Below, piece by piece: positions 22,193-33,006 of a stretch of 64,000 nt of DNA. Numbering within the stretch: the first letter of the stretch is position 1; the number at the start of each line of letters is the position of its first letter. The notes beneath the pieces were generated by a model. That model saw only the letters and a program-made list of their open reading frames with translations, was not told the DNA's origin and searched no databases. The DNA comes from Eukaryota sp. TZLM1-RC. Taxonomy: Eukaryota > Protista > Metamonada: BaSk clade. Location: positions 2,666,001 to 2,730,000 of the forward strand of contig JAUPSS010000001.1 in the NCBI GenBank assembly GCA_040285825.1, written 5' to 3'. The translations under genes and the position numbers were made by a program.

Positions 22193-24118
22193 CTATCTTT
22201 CAGGCCACAATTCCGCTTTCTTCTTAATTTGAATATTTTTTGCAGCGGAAATATCTCTGTCATATACTATTTGACACTCAGTACAAATACGCATCTGCCA
22301 TGAGCCTGCTTGAATATTCTCGGCCATGCAACAACTTGACATTTTGCTTGTATTAAATTCACTGGTTGACAAGTGCTTCACGTCCTTTTGATAACACAAC
22401 CATTTTCTGAAAGCCCTTGCTGATCCATATCGATTGACTTTTCGGCAATGAGAAGGGAAATTAGCAGAACCCACAGCAAGATAGAGTTTTTCAGGATGTC
22501 CAGCCAGCCTTTGAAATTTGTTGAGACTCTCTCTGAACCGTCTCTCTTTTCGTCTGCGGTTATCAAATTTAATTATTTTCCATTTCTGGCGATTACTTTC
22601 CAAATACACTTTCCTCCTGACCAAATTCCAATGGTTCAAATATTGGTTGAAATTTTGAACGGAATATTGGTTGGGAGAGTGTTTACTGGCTGAAGGTTTT
22701 GTCATGTATCTTCTGCCAGTTGGACAAGGGATAACTCCACATTGATTGTCATTTAAGAAGTAACCACATAATCTTGATTGGCCAAGATCAACGCCGATAA
22801 GGGGCCTTTCAGGTAAAATTTCGACTGGATGTCTACGTCTTCGACGGGGCATTTTTTTAGTACCCTTCAACTGTGTTTCTCTGGTTTTGTTGGCATTAGG
22901 GTCACTTTTCATTTCATTTTTTGATCTTCTTTTCTTTTTCGGTGGTTCATCCAGCTCATCTGTGTTTTCTGAGTCATTATTTTTACCTTCAAAGGTCAAA
23001 AGCAGTTCATTACCATTAGTTTTCAATAAAATTTTGTTAAATCTATTTTTCAAACTTTTTCTGTTGATATTGAATTTTTGGTAAGGACATTGTTTGATTA
23101 TTCGTTTCAGACATGTATTTTTGATAAACTTTGTTTTGGAAGATGATCCTTCAATAATTGGAAATTTTTTCACAGAGTGGAAAATTTGTGAAGGTACCTC
23201 AATAAATTTAGAACCTTTATGAGAAGCTAAAGGTATTATTCTAAATTTCTTCCAGCAATGCATATGAGAAAAGAAAGTGAGTAAGTATTGTGAAATTTTA
23301 AGATTGAAGAGAAAAAGCTCACTAATTTCCTTTGATGAAATGGTGATTTTATCGTGTGAGGACAGTAGGGAGGCAGTGGTAGGAAATCTTTGAAGGAGAT
23401 TCAAGATAAACTTACATGCATTAAATAAAAAGAATCTTTCTCTTGAATTATTCAAATTGAAATTGATGAGGTATTCAAGAACAGAATCAACTACTACTTC
23501 CTCGGGTTGGGCTAGTGGTTCATCTGGCAAAAGTGAAAGAATATTATTTGCAAAGACATTTGTTTTATCCAGGGCTCTACAATGAGCACGAAGAAAGTTT
23601 TTTGTCCAGGATTGACAAATTTTAGGTAAACTTGTCTTCACGTTAGACGCCAATTGACGAGCCCGACAAGCAAGGTAAGGAGAAAGCCCTTTTCTATTGA
23701 TAAAATTACAATTCTGAGATTGCAGCCAAGCATTGAGAAAAAGATTTAATGAATTTCTGTAAGGCACTAAAGAATTTTCCCACACAGAAACAAGAGACCT
23801 GTCTTGTGGGCATTCAGGAAGAAATCCATTGTAAAAGATATGGAGTAATTGGCGTTGGCCTTTAGATGTGGAAGGCTTAGGAAAAGAACCAGTGGTGGTG
23901 ACGGTCATAAACAGATACCATACATCCTGTTCCACTAAAGCTCTAGATGCCAACGGAAAATTTAGAAGAAAAGATTGAAGTAATAAAGAAGCTTCATGAC
24001 AAATCTCGGTGACAACAGGAAGGTCAGTCCGAATTTGTTGCACCGCTGCAGGGGTCAGCAGCGAGTTAAGTGCACAAAACCGAGTGAATACACGTGACAC
24101 AGAGTGGGTGTCTGTCAT
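22193..24118 (-). CDS. Fanzor (Fanzor1-like, TnpB-derived RNA-guided endonuclease), 641 aa, intact
   Basis: RuvC-I LIGVDLGQ, RuvC-II TSEFNTSK, zinc ligands CC...CTEC, RuvC-III YDRDISAAKNI; basic NLS-like tracts. Confidence 0.92.
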   Translation of the reverse strand: MTDTHSVSRVFTRFCALNSLLTPAAVQQIRTDLPVVTEICHEASLLLQSFLLNFPLASRALVEQDVWYLFMTVTTTGSFPKPSTSKGQRQLLHIFYNGFLPECPQDRSLVSVWENSLVPYRNSLNLFLNAWLQSQNCNFINRKGLSPYLACRARQLASNVKTSLPKICQSWTKNFLRAHCRALDKTNVFANNILSLLPDEPLAQPEEVVVDSVLEYLINFNLNNSRERFFLFNACKFILNLLQRFPTTASLLSSHDKITISSKEISELFLFNLKISQYLLTFFSHMHCWKKFRIIPLASHKGSKFIEVPSQIFHSVKKFPIIEGSSSKTKFIKNTCLKRIIKQCPYQKFNINRKSLKNRFNKILLKTNGNELLLTFEGKNNDSENTDELDEPPKKKRRSKNEMKSDPNANKTRETQLKGTKKMPRRRRRHPVEILPERPLIGVDLGQSRLCGYFLNDNQCGVIPCPTGRRYMTKPSASKHSPNQYSVQNFNQYLNHWNLVRRKVYLESNRQKWKIIKFDNRRRKERRFRESLNKFQRLAGHPEKLYLAVGSANFPSHCRKVNRYGSARAFRKWLCYQKDVKHLSTSEFNTSKMSSCCMAENIQAGSWQMRICTECQIVYDRDISAAKNIQIKKKAELWPER

Positions 24119-24257
24119 GTAGTGAGAATAAAGAGCTCATCTATCAAATTTTACACTTGTCACCCAATTTTCGACTTCTGGTTGCCTGTTCTGGGAGGTT
24201 TTTAACCCTCAACTTGGTTTTGGGAGGTTTTCACTATTCCCACACTTTCCCCTCACT

Positions 24258-24283
24258 TCATAAACTAGGTTCATAAACTAGGT
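24258..24283 (+). repeat. 13-bp tandem duplication TTCATAAACTAGG x2
   Basis: Seen directly, about 140 bp upstream of the Fanzor ATG. Confidence 0.8.
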
Positions 24284-24325
24284 ATCCTTTGTAAAAGTTT
24301 CTGGAATTTCAACTCTATGTAACTC

Positions 24326-24750
24326 ATGAAAGACGCTCTCAGCATCATCAACAGATTAGTCCACGATACTTCTTTGTCTAAAGAACGTTTCTTTGTTGGT
24401 TTTGAGGATAGATTTGGCGGTGTATTCTTCCTCCCTCTTCACGATTTTCTTGCCTTATCTGTACCATCTCACGGAATTCGCTACATATATTAAGGAAACT
24501 CAATTCTCTGGTCTCGCACAAAACGAATCAACCTTATTGGCTCTGTTGCACCTTCTGTTTCTTTATTCTCATCTCCAACACCTGGTGTTCTCTCCCGATA
24601 TTTTCCTCCTCATGCTACTGGTAGAAAGAATTTCCAGTTACCCTTCTTCTCTAACATTGTTTCTTGTAGTGTAGGTGTTCATCATACATTGGCACTCACT
24701 GCTTGTGGTAATTGCTATGGATTTGGTCTGAACAAATCTACCAATTAGGC
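24326..24750 (+). pseudogene. MJ1316/DUF504-like domain fused to an RCC1 repeat, disrupted
   Basis: MKDALSIINRLVHD...FFVGFEDRFGG...VPSHGIRYIY*GNSILWSRTKR, then SVGVHHTLALTACGNCYGFGLN; in-frame TAA at 24491. Confidence 0.7.
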
Positions 24751-25294
24751 AACAACTCAATCAATTTATCTATCCTAAATGAACCCTGGAGAAAACCAAA
24801 AGTCGAAATGCTATACGACACGTGTGGATAAGGTTTGTCAAGTGGCATAAAGGTAGTTAGTGTTCATCATCTACTGAGATTTCATGTTATTATTGATTAG
24901 CTACTTGCTTCAATTGTGATGTATCCATGACAATTCCACAGAAATGATACTATCAATAATGATTGAAGTTTGTTAACAATAATTGAGTTCTGCGAAACAG
25001 TGAAAAGATTTCTGTATGTATGTCATCATGAAGCTTCAGTTGTTTTGATGAACACACAACCATCCTTTTATGAACAGCAATTATAAATCCTCTATTAATG
25101 AGAAAAACATTAAAACAGCCAACAAAAGATTCACATATTTACACTGTTGTGACAGCATGTCAATGCTAAAACATTAAAATCAAATAATTAAGCCATATTT
25201 ATTTCTATGCAATACAAATCCAACTATCCTTGTTGTTGAGCTTTCATTGACAAGCTTCTTCCTAAAGTTAACAGAATGATCATAAGGTAACAAA

Positions 25295-25822
25295 CCAGCA
25301 GCTATAATTTCATCACACAACAATAATTGAGAAGAAATAACAGCAGATGAACGAATCATATTTCTTAAAACACAATAGTTGTCCCAAATTCCAAGTTCCT
25401 TTGAATCACAGGGTTCTCCAGAAAAGACATCTAAACCAACAATGCCACCCTCTTCGGCTTCTTCTTGCAAGTTGATAATAGTCTCTTCAGCATCAAGACC
25501 AGAGTTTTGAGCAAGTGTTTTGGGGATAATGAGTAGAGATTCAGCAAAAACTTCTACTCCTCTCTTTACTCTACCTTTAAGGGTTTTCTTAAAGTCATGT
25601 AACATGGCATTAGCAGCGATATGGAAAGAACCAGCTCCAGGGATTAAACAACCATCATCCAATGCATTCTTGACAGCTCGTAGACCATCTCTGAGTGCTT
25701 CCTTAGTTTGAGCAATGGTGTGTATGTTGGGACCTTTAATAAGTACAGTACAAGAGTCGGGGTTTGGTACATCCTCAATAAAAGTGACAGTGGATCAACA
25801 CCCTTTTGGTTAATGACAAATT
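25295..25822 (-). pseudogene. CCT6: CCT-zeta (CCT6) chaperonin fragment with internal deletion
   Basis: FVINQKGVDPLSL joined out of frame to TFIEDVPNPDSCTVLIKGPN...RDGLRAVKNA...GAGSF...GIWDNY...LLLCDEII. Confidence 0.85.
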
Positions 25823-25840
25823 GGTCAGAAACACAAAAAA

Positions 25841-25880
25841 GGGATTAGGGAGGGATTAGGGAGGGAAGGGAAAAAAAGGG
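25841..25880 (+). repeat. G-rich telomere-like / G-quadruplex-capable tract
   Basis: GGGATTAGGGAGGGATTAGGGAGGGAAGGG contains two TTAGGG and six GGG runs. Confidence 0.65.
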
Positions 25881-25894
25881 ATTTGTATTCAACC

Positions 25895-26020
25895 TAAAAT
25901 TCAACCACAGTAATATAGTTCATTTATCTGTTCAGACCCTTGATTTCTACAGTCCTGACTTGTGGAGTATTTTTGAAATCCATACAAGACCTCACAACAA
26001 AAGACTGAGAGTTTGTTAAT
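25895..26020 (+). pseudogene. Short Fanzor relic (same subfamily as the 55896 locus)
   Basis: TTGATTTCTACAGTCCTGACTTGTGGAGTATT matches the reverse complement of about 56376-56407 at 28 of 32 nt (LDFYSPDLWSI vs IDFYSLDLWSI), followed by CAAAAGACTGAGAGT (QKTES). Confidence 0.75.
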
Positions 26021-26180
26021 GTATGGTTCTGTAAAACTATGCGCGATTTGAAATTTTGAACTCATCACCGAGCCACTCGAGGACTGGAATGGATTGAAGT
26101 TCAGAAGTCAAATACATTTGAAGTATCGATGAGCAACAAAAAATAAGAAAATACAAAATTGATTACTTCCAAGTTATGCT

Positions 26181-29100
26181 TTTTTTTTCTTCCTCTACAT
26201 ATAACCGTTTAACTTAAAACCTGGCTGAACCGAGATCATTGCTTCTATTCTTTCTTGTTGATGTCTGAATCAGTTTCTGATTCTAATGGAGTCAAAAGAA
26301 AGAACGATAGTCAACAAGATGCTCAAGACGTCCTTTCCACCTCTCCTCCTCAACCTCTTCTCTCTTCATTTTTGGACAAAAAAAATTCTGATCAAGAATT
26401 TTTAGACAATCACGATGAAAAAAAAGTTTGTTCAAAAACAAAGCCACGCTCCTACAGATGCTCAAAGTGTCGACAACAGGGACATAATGCTCGAACATGC
26501 CCCAATGTTGGAAAAAATGATGCGGCAAATTCTGAAACACAATGTAAAAGAAAATTTATTAGAAGGAAAGAGTCTAAGGTAGAACCCATAAATAATGCTC
26601 CACAAGTTGTTGCAAAACCAGTTAGCAATCGATTGAAGCACAAAACTTGCAACACTTGTGGTATTTCTTTTAGAAAAAATGCAAAAGGAAAAACTTCTGA
26701 TCGCTGCTTGAAATGCCGCATGGTTGATAACTACCATCCTCCTATAAGAATACCTCAAGAAATTCATCCGACCAAATGCAATGAATTTGCTTTCGTTTTT
26801 CAAAGGTTTTTGGATCAATTATGTAAAGGAAAGTATGCTATCAATATTATTTGGGAATTTTTTGGTTCTTTTTGTCCTCCTTTTGAACAAAATTTCGTTA
26901 ATATTTCCGAAGATTTAACCAATATAGCACCGAGAAATCAGTCATCCGAGAAATTAAGTAAAATTTTTGAAGACAAATGCTTTGACAACAAATGGTCCAA
27001 GGCTTTGTCAGCTTTAAGTCCCGGAGTCAAAGCACCGAACAATGAAGATACAGTAGATAAACTGAAAATACTTCATCCTTATGAAGACCCTGTTATGGAT
27101 CAAAATTTTTACGGCACATACTGGGAAAATTATCCATTGATGCCATCAGAAGTTTTTCGGTTATCAAAAAGAGACCTCGTGGTAAGTCTGCCGGACTTTC
27201 TGGTATTACTATTGATCATGTAAAAGCCGCGATTATTTCTTCAGAAGATTGCCTTGGTTTATTGACCAAATTTTTCAACCAAATATTATCTGGTCAACGC
27301 AAGTACCCAGAAGAATTAAGAAGTTCTCGTTTGACTGCACTTGTCAAAAATTCAAAAATGGATGTTCGTCCTATTGCAGTCTCTGAGAGCTTACATAATA
27401 TTTTTTCTGCGTGTTGCTTAAGCAGGTTCAATGAAAAAGCTAAAAAGATTTTATTACCCTTTCAATATGGTATAAATACGACAGATGGAGTCTCTTCAGC
27501 GATTTTTGCTACTGATGTCTTATTTCGTCAAAATGAATCCAATGTTTGCATGTCATTGGATTTTAGTAATGCTTTCAATTCGCTAAGTCGTCGCAGTATC
27601 CATGGTGCTCTATTGCAATATATGCCAGAATTAATACCATATTTTCAATCAACATATTGCACATATTCTAATTTACATTTTGGTAACAACATTTTGATTT
27701 CATCAAGTGGCGTAAAGCAAGGAGATCCGTTAGGACCTCTTTTGTTTTGTTTGGCCATTCATCCTATTCTACTGCAAATTCAAGAGATGTTTCCTTCACT
27801 AAAAATGATTGCATATATGGATGATGTTGTGCTTATTGGTGAATTAAATATTGTGAAAAAAGCAACTGTATGTTTTAAAGAATTATTTACCAAAATTGGT
27901 CTCCGACTTAATTTACTTAAATGTGTTTTGTTATCGAATTCTCCAGTTTCCACAATAATTGATGATATTGAAATTCAAGCCAAATTATATTCAATTGATG
28001 CTATTCGTCATTTGGGTTCGTTTTTAGGAAATAATGATGAAATTACCAAAAATTGTTTGAAAAGTTGAACTCAATTTCTGACAAAATTGACCGAATGATG
28101 AATTTAGATATAAAAAAACACATCAAATTTACCATTATAAGACTGTGTTTTAGTTCCAATTTTAATCATATATTTCGATCTACAAATCCTCTCGTCACTA
28201 GACCTTTGGCTCAAAAGTTTAATGAGTTACGTGCAAAAGTTCTGTCTCAATTACTGGGATGTAAAATGTTTCAAATTCTAGATCATGCTTACCTTAGTCC
28301 ACAATATGGTGGTTTAGGGTGGACGAAGGCTTCTATTCTTACCTCGTGTGCTTTTTGTTGGTGGATGCAGAAATGCAATCTTTGAGTTCTCCGAAAGATT
28401 TGCAGATTGGGAAGATTTATTGATGACAACGCAAAGTTCCACTGTTTTTGCATTAAATGAAGAAATTTCAAGAATTGATGTAGAAAAATGGGGTCGATGT
28501 TTTCCCCAATCATTCAATGGCAATATTCCAGAAAAAAATGTTTTAAATTTGAAGTACACTCTTCGAACATTACAGAAAAGATTGACTGGAATGTATGAAA
28601 AGATCTTTATAATAATATTTGCAGCTCGGCTGTTTTAAATCAAGATCTTCACTCATTGTTATTGGAAAAGGGTGTTTGTGAAAACAAGGTGTCAGATTCT
28701 TCACTTTTTGTAACCATTGTACCACGAAGATTTGGATTGTGTGCTACTAATGAAGCATTTGTAACAAAAATGAGATTATATTTGAACATCCCCATTAACC
28801 AATTATTATCAAAAGAAAAATGTATTTGTTCGAATTCACCTCAACTCACTTTGCGCCATGCTCTAAATTGCTCTAAATTGATAACTTATCGTTCTTCATT
28901 ACATGATGCTGTTAGAGACACTGTTTTCAATATGGCACAAACTGCAAGGATATCGTGTATCAAAGAGCCCCTGCTGAAAGAAACACTTTCTCTGAATAAT
29001 TTTGGTTCTGATGATAGAGGTGATGTATACTGTGATTGGATTGATAATTCTGAAGCTATTGTTGACTTTGTCTCATGTAATGTTGCAAATGATACTTTGG

Positions 29101-29517
29101 TTCACAGAAGAAAACTTAATCCTGTGGCTGCTCTGGATTTTAAAGCAAAAGAAAAACATAGAAAATATGATAAAGAAATTGAAGATGCAAATATCGATAG
29201 AAATACACAGCTGGTTTTTATTGCTTTTCCATTTTCGATAAATGGAAGATTATCAGTTGAAGCAGAAACTTTTTTGGATGACTTCCAAAAAATGGTGAAA
29301 GAAAAAACAATGAAAAGATTTGATATTTTTTTATGGCGTTCACGGATTCAATTTGCCATTGTTAATAGATTACCGCGGTTTTTCAATCGAATTAGAGAAG
29401 CTTTAGCTAGACAGCAAGCAAATCAAGATTTTGTAGAGGAAATCTTGGTTTAATGATAGTCGTCCCATTAGTTATGATTTAATTTAATCAAGTGTGCAAA
29501 TTCAATAAATTATATTT
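26181..29517 (+). mobile_element. Full-length CRE-like RLE non-LTR retrotransposon (family A), single ORF 26261-29453 broken by four homopolymer indels
   Basis: CSKCRQQGHNARTC zinc knuckle, C4 finger, RT (QGDPLG, YMDD), CICS..HALNC, RGD..D..K RLE; flanked by AAGTTATGCT at 26171-26180 and 29518-29527. Confidence 0.93.
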
Positions 29518-30231
29518 AAGTTATGCTATGTTGAGACATAAAACATTGACAAGTTATCAAATGTACGTTGCTCGAATCGTTGAAGCTGTCACATTAAATT
29601 AACAAGTGTGATTGCCAGAAATTAGGTAATTTTGTTTACTGTGTATCTTGTAACTGGATAAAAAATCTCTTTCTGTTCTGCTAAACAGATATGAACCCAC
29701 AAACATTTCGATTGGTATTACTACAATTACAATCACTAAAACTCAATCCCATTAACATTGTTCCATGTTGACAAAATTGTGAAACAATGACAAGTTTCTT
29801 TAAACAATTTATGACCAATCAATTTCAAAGTTATGTAGTTGAAAGTTTCAGCTTCTTCCAGTTAATCACGCACAGTTGAGTCCAAGTACAATCTTTGTTG
29901 ATTTTGTCTCCTGCATTATTGTAAACGATAGTTTTAGAGAAGTAAATTAAGACTACTAGATAGATTTTGACATTGTCCCGCCTAACACTTCTTTTTGCTC
30001 ACAATGTCAACACGCCCGCAAATAAACGCACTATACAAGTATCTAGTGTAACTTGTTTCAATCAATATTGTTGAGTTGAGGTAAGCATTTAAGGCCATAT
30101 AGTAATTGCTATCATTAATTGGTCCCAGAATTGATGATCCAATTAATTGGCAAGTCAATTTTTCTAAGTCCTGTCCATTTCTCATTCAATTTTGGAAGAA
30201 TTATAATTGTAAAATTCATTTTTTGAAACTG

Positions 30232-31611
30232 ATGTTCTGCTCCATATCCAACACTATCCCCAAGCATCCTGTGGTTACTCCTTCAGGATATGTCTTTGAA
30301 AAGGAACTTGCAGTCAAATATATTGAAGAAACTGGCGGTAAATGTCCAATAACTAATGCAGCTCTCGCCATCAATGACTTAATAGATATTAAGAGCCAAA
30401 CTATTAGTGAACCTCGTCAACCAGATACAATGTCCATTCCTGGAATTTTAGGTCATCTTCACTCCGAGTGGGAGTCACTGATTCTTGAAACTCACTCATT
30501 ACGTTTAGAACTAACCAAAACAAGGGAAGAGCTTGCTCAAGCGACTGAAAAGAACAATAAAGCTCAGGATACAATCCAACGTCTTCTGTCTGAACGTCAG
30601 TCACCACCAGTTGCTTCCCCACAACACGAGGAAAACATTCTTGATGTTGTAGAGGAGTCGGTGAAGTCTCTCAGTACCATTAGAAAGGGATTGAGAAAGT
30701 CAAGACCCGCTGTACCGTTGGCTGCTGATTTTGAGACCTGTGGCTCCAATTATTTTACTTTGCCAATTGAGAGTTATACCAATGTTGCAAATCTCTATGA
30801 TTCTTCTACGTTTTGCTTCTCCAATGAACAAGGGGAACTTGCATTTGGGGAATTAGGAAAGGAGTTTCAGAACTTTCAAGTCAGTTCCAAGGTTATTGAC
30901 AGTCATTCTCTATTCAGAATGGATAAACCTAAATTATTAATCACCACTCCCAAGACAGTGACCCTTTTCACTCTAAAGGGTCAGAATGTTGAAGAAAGTC
31001 TTCGTTTTTCTGGAGGTTTTTCTTCTGCTTCGTTGCTTCCTTTTAATGATTACTGCCTTTGCTCAGGTGTGGAATCTGGAGTGTATTCCTTAACTTCCGG
31101 GCAATATCTATCAAAGTTTGAATTGGAGGACCAAACTGCTCCATTGTTGATCAGAAGTCATGTTGATGGTGGATTGTCGTTGGTTGCCGATACTCGATCA
31201 AATATTCAAATTTTCGACAATAGATCAAATGATTTGGTTTCTGTTTTCAAAAACTCTGATCAGAATCATAGAATTGTAGATTTATTGTCAATGGAAAATG
31301 GTTCTTTTGTTTGTGCGGCATTGGATAACAATACTGTTTTGAATTGGGATTTAAGAAAGCCGCAAAATCCCCCAATAACCATATCAACTGACTCCCATCA
31401 CGTCATAGGGTCAAAAAGCGGTTACTTAATTGCCCTTACTTCTGAGCGATCAGTTTCTCTTTTAGATACAAAACCACTGAGTCCTGGAAAAGCAATTTCA
31501 TTAGATGTTGATGCTTCTAAGCTGGGTAGTCTTTCAAAATCATTCTTTTCTACAGATGAAAAGAGTGTTTACGTCTTTGGGAGCTCTGGTTTTGGAAAAT
31601 TTTCAGTTTAA
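30232..31611 (+). CDS. PRPF19: Pre-mRNA processing factor 19 (U-box, coiled coil, WD40)
   Basis: MFCSIS..PKHPVVTPSGYVFEK...CPIT U-box; SIPGIL..L.SEWESLILE Prp19 helix. Confidence 0.92.
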   Translation: MFCSISNTIPKHPVVTPSGYVFEKELAVKYIEETGGKCPITNAALAINDLIDIKSQTISEPRQPDTMSIPGILGHLHSEWESLILETHSLRLELTKTREELAQATEKNNKAQDTIQRLLSERQSPPVASPQHEENILDVVEESVKSLSTIRKGLRKSRPAVPLAADFETCGSNYFTLPIESYTNVANLYDSSTFCFSNEQGELAFGELGKEFQNFQVSSKVIDSHSLFRMDKPKLLITTPKTVTLFTLKGQNVEESLRFSGGFSSASLLPFNDYCLCSGVESGVYSLTSGQYLSKFELEDQTAPLLIRSHVDGGLSLVADTRSNIQIFDNRSNDLVSVFKNSDQNHRIVDLLSMENGSFVCAALDNNTVLNWDLRKPQNPPITISTDSHHVIGSKSGYLIALTSERSVSLLDTKPLSPGKAISLDVDASKLGSLSKSFFSTDEKSVYVFGSSGFGKFSV

Positions 31612-31670
31612 AGTTTTATAAATTTGTTAAGTTTAGGTGGTTTTTATTTTGAAATTATTAGAAACACAAT

Positions 31671-32876
31671 TCAATCTTCACTCAAATTATTCTTACTTTT
31701 GGAATGTAACACGTCTAAAATCCAATTTAACTCCATATCGACCCTATGGCTCCCAGCCAAAGAGGAAAGTTGGTGTGGATTAGACCAAAAAGGAAGTTTC
31801 TGACTGCCAAGATTACGTGATTGATGACGTGATTTTGACTTGGTTGACACATCTGAATTATCACAAGGCTCCTCAATGAAAGGCTGTGGTGTCGAGAATT
31901 CCTTTGAACTTGGTGGAATATATTTGAAATACTTTGGATAAATCTTAGACAAGCAAGCCAAAACATCATTGTAGGATGGTTTAAGTGGAAATTTTGATAA
32001 ATAAGCTTCCAAGTCTTGTGTTGATAAAAACCCATCTAAATTGGGATCAACTTTAGCCTGTAAGATAGGTGTGACACCCCCTGACATGTTCAAATTTTTA
32101 TCGTTGATCTCTACTTTTCTATTTCGATTTCTTCTTCTTCTTTTGTACAATATCCAATAATTTTCAACTACTTTCACTGCTTCTAATACAGTAAACTCCC
32201 GTTGTATAATCCGTGATTCCTTAATCATTTCCTTCCTTCTGTTAGAGGCTTTTTCTGCATTGACTTGTGCGGCATTTAAAACAAAAGTATTGAAATCCAA
32301 AACTTTTTCAACAGAAACCATATCGTTCTTCAGCTTGGAACAGCATGGTGGTACAAGCAAGTTATCACAAAAGGGTTGTGGATTAATAAAAGAATTTGGA
32401 CCGCTAGTTATTTTGAAATTTTTACTACGAATAGTGAGAAAGGATTTGATTTTGGATTTTTGGGTTAAAGATTTATTGATGTGATAGCTAACCATTTCCT
32501 CTAGTCGTTGATGTTTCAACTGATGTAACCTCGAAACAATATCCTGAGACAGAATTTGGATGTGATGAGGTAGAGGGAGTGATGATCTCCGAGGGAGCAC
32601 AGTGCCATCTGGACGAAGACGGTTAAGGTACTCTGACACTTCAGGAATGTGGCGAGATTTAACAGGTGATGGCGGTAGAGGAGAAGAAATGCGAGAAGTA
32701 GCTTTGGTGGCTTTGGTCGCTCGCTTAACAGGGGAGAGGGTATTGAGGAACTTTTCTTGTGATCGTTGTAGTTTTGATATGTTAGATGTACAATGCTTAA
32801 TACGTTGGTCAAGAAGTTCAAGTTCTTTACTTTGAGCCTTGATGGCGAAAGAGAATGATCGATTAAGAGGTGTCAT
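31671..32876 (-). CDS. Hypothetical protein with coiled coil and IQ-like motif
   Basis: 401-aa ORF; AVKVVENYWILYKRRR. Confidence 0.65.
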   Translation of the reverse strand: MTPLNRSFSFAIKAQSKELELLDQRIKHCTSNISKLQRSQEKFLNTLSPVKRATKATKATSRISSPLPPSPVKSRHIPEVSEYLNRLRPDGTVLPRRSSLPLPHHIQILSQDIVSRLHQLKHQRLEEMVSYHINKSLTQKSKIKSFLTIRSKNFKITSGPNSFINPQPFCDNLLVPPCCSKLKNDMVSVEKVLDFNTFVLNAAQVNAEKASNRRKEMIKESRIIQREFTVLEAVKVVENYWILYKRRRRNRNRKVEINDKNLNMSGGVTPILQAKVDPNLDGFLSTQDLEAYLSKFPLKPSYNDVLACLSKIYPKYFKYIPPSSKEFSTPQPFIEEPCDNSDVSTKSKSRHQSRNLGSQKLPFWSNPHQLSSLAGSHRVDMELNWILDVLHSKSKNNLSED

Positions 32877-33006
32877 TCTTGCAGATAATGTCTATAACAA
32901 TAGAATAAGTGGCTGTTTTAGAAATAAGAAACCCAATAAAAGATTCTTTTTTGAAGAAATCAATATTGAAATTAAATTTAAATAATAAATCAAATTATTG
33001 TACACT

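Noticed and set aside
14718-24500. In-frame TAA at positions where a sense codon (often Tyr) is expected (about 14730, 14856, 19422, 24491), suggesting stop-codon reassignment
   Set aside because: Host genes end in TAA, TAG and TGA, and the 4500-codon dynein has no internal TAA/TAG; these loci also have deletions or frameshifts, so ordinary decay explains them
26046-26113. HDV-like ribozyme at the retrotransposon 5' end
   Set aside because: Lies outside the TSD, and no HDV double-pseudoknot pairing was found
29530-29950. Possible decayed Fanzor-like frame on the minus strand (WKKLK..., SDCNCSN)
   Set aside because: Only short motif resemblances; not supportable by eye
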